Source: a virus. Taken from it: a DNA stretch of 7,774 nt. This document shows, piece after piece, positions 5,844-7,774 of this stretch. The stretch spans positions 1 to 7,774 of IMG/VR virus record IMGVR_UViG_3300048920_000286; one strand, written 5' to 3'. The first letter of the stretch is position 1; every line of letters starts with the position of its first letter. A program made the translations under genes and the position numbers. A model generated the notes under the pieces. That model saw only the letters and a list, made by a program, of their open reading frames with translations, was not told where the DNA came from and ran no database searches.

Positions 5844-6301
5844 GCATCAATGCTCGCTTTGTCCTTGGAACCACGGAGAGGCAAGAGCGATGCCAGCACC
5901 AGCTTAAGCAGGCCCAGGTAGTACCGGCCTGCGTTTAACATAATATACATTCCGGCCTTGGCCGATCCCGGCGAAGCCGTTGCAGCAGTAGGCGTCGCGC
6001 CGAGTCCAACGGCGATCAGCGCCAACATCGCCACGCTCGCCAGCTTTTGCGCAATTCGACTCCAAGCCGCCTTTTCATCGGCTGAGTTGCTGCGCTCGGC
6101 CATCACCACGGCCGACCACATTTCCGGACTGTCGCCGATGTCAACGGCCATACGTTCGACGTAGTGTATTTCCGCGTTTTTCCCTTGTTTCCAGAGGGAA
6201 ACCGTCGCGCGCGACACACCCAATGCGATAGCTCCAGCGTTGTCACTCTGGATTTTCTGCACGTGCTTCCACCGGCAGAAAAGGTCGTAGCTGGCGCTCA
6301 T
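5828..6301 (-). CDS. HTH (Cro/CI, XRE-like) transcriptional repressor with hydrophobic C-terminal segment (157 aa)
   Basis: The helix-turn-helix is SDNAGAIALGVSRATVSLWKQGKN. The gene is divergent from the rightward TTGACA promoter-like elements in 6302-6450. The C-terminal half contains the TM-like segment ASVAMLALIAVGLGA. A dif-like site is embedded at codons about 115-123. Confidence 0.85.
   Translation of the reverse strand: MSASYDLFCRWKHVQKIQSDNAGAIALGVSRATVSLWKQGKNAEIHYVERMAVDIGDSPEMWSAVVMAERSNSADEKAAWSRIAQKLASVAMLALIAVGLGATPTAATASPGSAKAGMYIMLNAGRYYLGLLKLVLASLLPLRGSKDKASIDACAST
5933..5960 (-). other. dif-like XerC/XerD recombination site (candidate attP)
   Basis: The - strand reads CAAGGCCGGAA-TGTATA-TTATGTTAAAC. 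The central TGTATA matches E. coli dif 6/6 and the XerD arm TTATGTTAAAT matches 10/11. The XerC arm is degenerate (4/11). It is an AT-rich island in GC-rich DNA, and no integrase gene is present. Confidence 0.6.
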
Positions 6302-6450
6302 TGTCGATACCTACTTGACAGGGGTGTATAGGGGTACTTTACAGTTCGCCCCGGTGTCGAGGAATGCTTGACACCACCCCGTCCCGGCTCCCCTAGGCCG
6401 TGGCGGGGGTTCTAGGGGGCTAGGGAGAGGGAAGCTTCGTGATCGCAAAG
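6302..6450. promoter_or_regulatory. Repeat-rich intergenic switch region (candidate operators/promoters, possibly origin or packaging structure)
   Basis: CTTGACA occurs twice (6314-6320 and 6367-6373). A rightward promoter is possible: TTGACA 6315-6320, a 19-nt spacer, TACAGT 6340-6345. GGGGTGT (6321-6327) faces an inverted GGGGTGGTGT (complement of 6371-6380). A GC-rich hairpin spans 6377-6388/6397-6408 (10/12 WC pairs). CTAGG occurs four times between 6393 and 6455. Confidence 0.5.
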
Positions 6451-7119
6451 CTAGGTCAACTTCATCCCCTCGATGTGCGGCAGCAACCGGTCAATGGATC
6501 TGTCCAGGTCTCTTATGTCCTTCAAGACGGAAACAAGATATCCAAGCTTTCTGACCTGAACACGCTGGCCCCAATTGTGCTCTGGGTCTCGGAAACGCGC
6601 ATTGATGTGCAGAAAGCGAATGCACCGATACTCCACGTCATACAGCGCGGCAACTCCTTCCTCGTCCAACAAAAATCGCTCGCCGTCAGTCCAGTTGACC
6701 AATCGCACGGCCTGTTCGCTGGCGTCAAGAGCTCCGTAGATGCTTCCGACAAGGCGCTTAGATACTGGGCGCTGAAAGAGACGCGTGAATCGCCTCCGTG
6801 GCGTCCTGAGCATCTGCGCCTTTGCCATCAGCAATTGCCTTCGGCCTCGCAATTCTCGCTCGCGATCCGACAACTCGATCTGCCTCTGTTTTCGGTGCTG
6901 GATGCGTTCCTCGTGGGCATAGGCCACCGCAGCAATGCCGATCACCCAAGTTCCGGCAGCTCCAAACCAATCCGCGCCGCTGCCAAGGTCTTCTTCGATG
7001 AGGAAGCCACCCGGTGCCCAAAGAACCAAGCTCCCCAGTACAAGTACAAGAATTGCGCATGTCATAGCCAGAATTCTGGTTCTGGAGAAGTGCCATTCAC
7101 GTTTGGCCACAGAACTCAT
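6451..7119 (-). CDS. Hypothetical two-TM membrane protein with charged helical linker and soluble C-terminal domain (222 aa); accessory 'moron' candidate
   Basis: ATG 7119 is preceded by a strong SD (GGGAGGGAG, 5-nt spacer). The two clean TM helices are ILAMTCAILVLVLGSLVLWA and WFGAAGTWVIGIAAVAYA. They are followed by HEERIQHRKQRQIELSDRERELRGRR and a domain of about 120 aa. Three hand-counted 60-nt rows give 47-58% GC, against about 67% in a coat-gene row. I recognise no family. Confidence 0.7.
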   Translation of the reverse strand: MSSVAKREWHFSRTRILAMTCAILVLVLGSLVLWAPGGFLIEEDLGSGADWFGAAGTWVIGIAAVAYAHEERIQHRKQRQIELSDRERELRGRRQLLMAKAQMLRTPRRRFTRLFQRPVSKRLVGSIYGALDASEQAVRLVNWTDGERFLLDEEGVAALYDVEYRCIRFLHINARFRDPEHNWGQRVQVRKLGYLVSVLKDIRDLDRSIDRLLPHIEGMKLT

Positions 7120-7145
7120 TCGGACTCCCTCCCGGTTAATTTTGT

Positions 7146-7328
7146 ATGGGCGATTCTCGCATGAGCGCCGTCATCTGCATCCTGTGCTTGATAGGGGCGT
7201 GCATGGCGCTCGCCTTCGGGCTGACGCGGCTTCTGGCCGCCATCCGCCGCATCCGTCAGGACCGCGCGACCCGCCCGATTCGTGACGCCGCATTTGTCGC
7301 CCAGGCACGCGCCGAGGTGGGCCAGTGA
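7146..7328 (+). CDS. Small membrane protein (60 aa; alternative start at 7161 gives 55 aa)
   Basis: TM VICILCLIGACMALAFGL is followed by the basic tail TRLLAAIRRIRQDR. Hand-counted GC3 is about 83%, like the core genes. There is no obvious SD. The stop overlaps the next start (GTGA). Confidence 0.55.
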   Translation: MGDSRMSAVICILCLIGACMALAFGLTRLLAAIRRIRQDRATRPIRDAAFVAQARAEVGQ

Positions 7329-7408
7329 TCTTCCTGATCCCTCTGCTTCTGTGGGCACTTCTCATGTACATCAGGTACGTGCGTACCGGCCGGGGTCCGT
7401 TCGAATGA
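7325..7408 (+). CDS. 27-aa hydrophobic micro-protein (GTG start), pVII/pIX-like in size and shape
   Basis: A GAGGTGG SD lies 4 nt before GTG 7325. Translation is (M)IFLIPLLLWALLMYIRYVRTGRGPFE. GC3 in this frame is about 74%, against about 38% in the alternative frame of track ORF 7282..7497 over the same segment. The start overlaps the upstream stop as GTGA; its own stop overlaps the next start as ATGA. Confidence 0.5.
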   Translation: MIFLIPLLLWALLMYIRYVRTGRGPFE

Positions 7409-7497
7409 TCATGACCCCAGCAGAGATGGTGCCGTTCTTCGTCGGCCTCGTAGCGATCTTCTTCGTCGGCTTCTTGCTGCAAAGGCACAAGAAATGA
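7405..7497 (+). CDS. 30-aa hydrophobic micro-protein, pVII/pIX-like in size and shape
   Basis: MIMTPAEMVPFFVGLVAIFFVGFLLQRHKK is a TM segment with a basic C-terminus. GC3 is about 83%. There are ATGA overlaps with both the upstream micro-ORF and the downstream Rep start (7494). Confidence 0.6.
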   Translation: MIMTPAEMVPFFVGLVAIFFVGFLLQRHKK

Positions 7498-7774
7498 GCG
7501 GCCATTGCAATTTCTGCGGCGAGCCGACCGTCTATTTCTTCGCAGGCGGTCTTTGTGCTGCCTGTGCCGGCAAGAACGCCCGCATCAAGCTCGAAGGGAT
7601 GACGCCTGCGCCGCGTCCTGAGCTTGCAGCGTTCGATGACGCCATCGGCCTGATGCACGCCTCCGCACGCCGCACCGAAATGGCCTCAGAGGCCATGCAG
7701 CGCAATAAGCGCGCGTCGGGTGCTTCTCTCAAATCCTACCTCGCGGCGGCACCGATCGCGTTGACCCCGGAGGG
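7494..7774 (+). CDS. Rolling-circle replication initiator (pII/RstA-like HUH endonuclease), N-terminal part; continues across the circular junction into 1..884
   Basis: ATG at 7494 overlaps the upstream stop (ATGA). It is open to the window end and in the same frame as the copy of the 6..884 ORF (ATG 7653 = ATG 6). Translation starts MSGHCNFCGEPTVYFFAGGLCAACAGKN, a CxxC-x12-CxxC zinc-ribbon-like motif. It is absent from the supplied ORF track because no stop is reached. Confidence 0.85.
   Translation, partial: MSGHCNFCGEPTVYFFAGGLCAACAGKNARIKLEGMTPAPRPELAAFDDAIGLMHASARRTEMASEAMQRNKRASGASLKSYLAAAPIALTPE
7648..7774. repeat. Terminal redundancy, right copy (identical to 1-127)
   Basis: Same 127-nt string as nt 1-127. 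It lies inside the Rep coding frame, so it is the signature of a circular contig rather than a biological LTR. Confidence 0.95.

Larger units (their letters stand above)
1..7647 (+). mobile_element. Complete circular filamentous-phage (Inoviridae-like) genome / replicative form, one unit = 7,647 nt
   Basis: Canonical inovirus gene order on + strand: Rep, gVp-like SSB, small coat-like protein, major coat, terminator, pIII-like, pVI-like, pI/Zot. The window ends are identical 127-nt copies, so the sequence closes on itself. Genes are compact with overlapping start/stop codons. Confidence 0.85.

Noticed and set aside
6368-6396. Second TTGACA (6368-6373) as an independent rightward promoter
   Set aside because: There is no acceptable -10 at 16-19 nt; the sequence there is ccctag/ctaggc. 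It is more likely part of an operator-type repeat.
6422-7133. GGGAGAGGG (6423-6431) and CTCCCTCCC (7125-7133) as inverted terminal repeats delimiting the ORF222 cassette
   Set aside because: Only about 5 contiguous bases match. Both are more simply SD-like purine tracts. They are too short to support a mobile cassette boundary.
6439-7164. 241-aa + strand ORF (GTG start with a GGGAGAGGGAAG SD-like upstream) almost coextensive with the - strand 222-aa ORF
   Set aside because: It is the codon-aligned antisense frame. That frame stays open whenever the true gene avoids TTA, CTA and TCA codons. Its second half is low-complexity S/P/Q/H-rich sequence (KNQAPQYKYKNCACHSQNSGSG), the mirror image of the two clean TM helices on the - strand. 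The - ORF has an ATG and a strong SD. GC3 alone did not discriminate, at about 50-75% against 55-65% in three hand-counted rows, so some doubt remains.
7282-7404. Long version (71 aa) of the 7282..7497 ORF
   Set aside because: Its N-terminal 41 residues are P/S/R/H-rich, with about 38% GC3. The overlapping ORF27 frame has about 74% GC3, an SD and start/stop coupling. The hydrophobic 30-aa part from ATG 7405 is kept.
1-7774. Search for tRNA, rRNA, CRISPR arrays, IS elements or integrase genes
   Set aside because: I found no cloverleaf-like structures, no regularly spaced direct repeats and no transposase- or integrase-like ORFs on either strand.

Overview
The window is one complete, circularly closed filamentous-phage (inovirus-like) genome. 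Nt 1-127 are identical to nt 7648-7774, so the unit length is 7,647 nt. The replication-initiator gene starts at 7494 and continues across the junction to 884.

The + strand carries a tightly packed, translationally coupled core: three small membrane-peptide ORFs, an HUH rolling-circle Rep with an N-terminal zinc ribbon, an Ff gene-V-like ssDNA-binding protein, a leaderless coat-like protein, the major coat protein, an intrinsic terminator, a Cys-rich pIII-like adsorption protein, a pVI-like protein and a pI/Zot assembly ATPase. There is no integrase and no pIV secretin.

The rest (about 4587-7145) is an accessory and lysogeny arm, mostly on the - strand:
- a TM/coiled-coil protein divergent from a small CxxC/His-rich protein;
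- a structured intergenic region;
- a DUF3653-like gene;
- an HTH repressor with a hydrophobic C-terminal tail;
- a repeat-rich switch region;
- a lower-GC 222-aa two-TM membrane protein of unknown function.

The most notable observations:
1. A near-perfect dif-like XerC/D site lies inside the repressor ORF.
2. Orphan accessory membrane genes could form an uncharacterised exclusion, defence or conversion function.
3. A chain of 4-nt start/stop overlaps links the micro-ORFs to rep.
4. The major coat gene has a paralogue immediately upstream.

The host is inferred only from composition (high GC) and architecture, which resemble Ralstonia, Xanthomonas or Burkholderia-type inoviruses. This is not verified.
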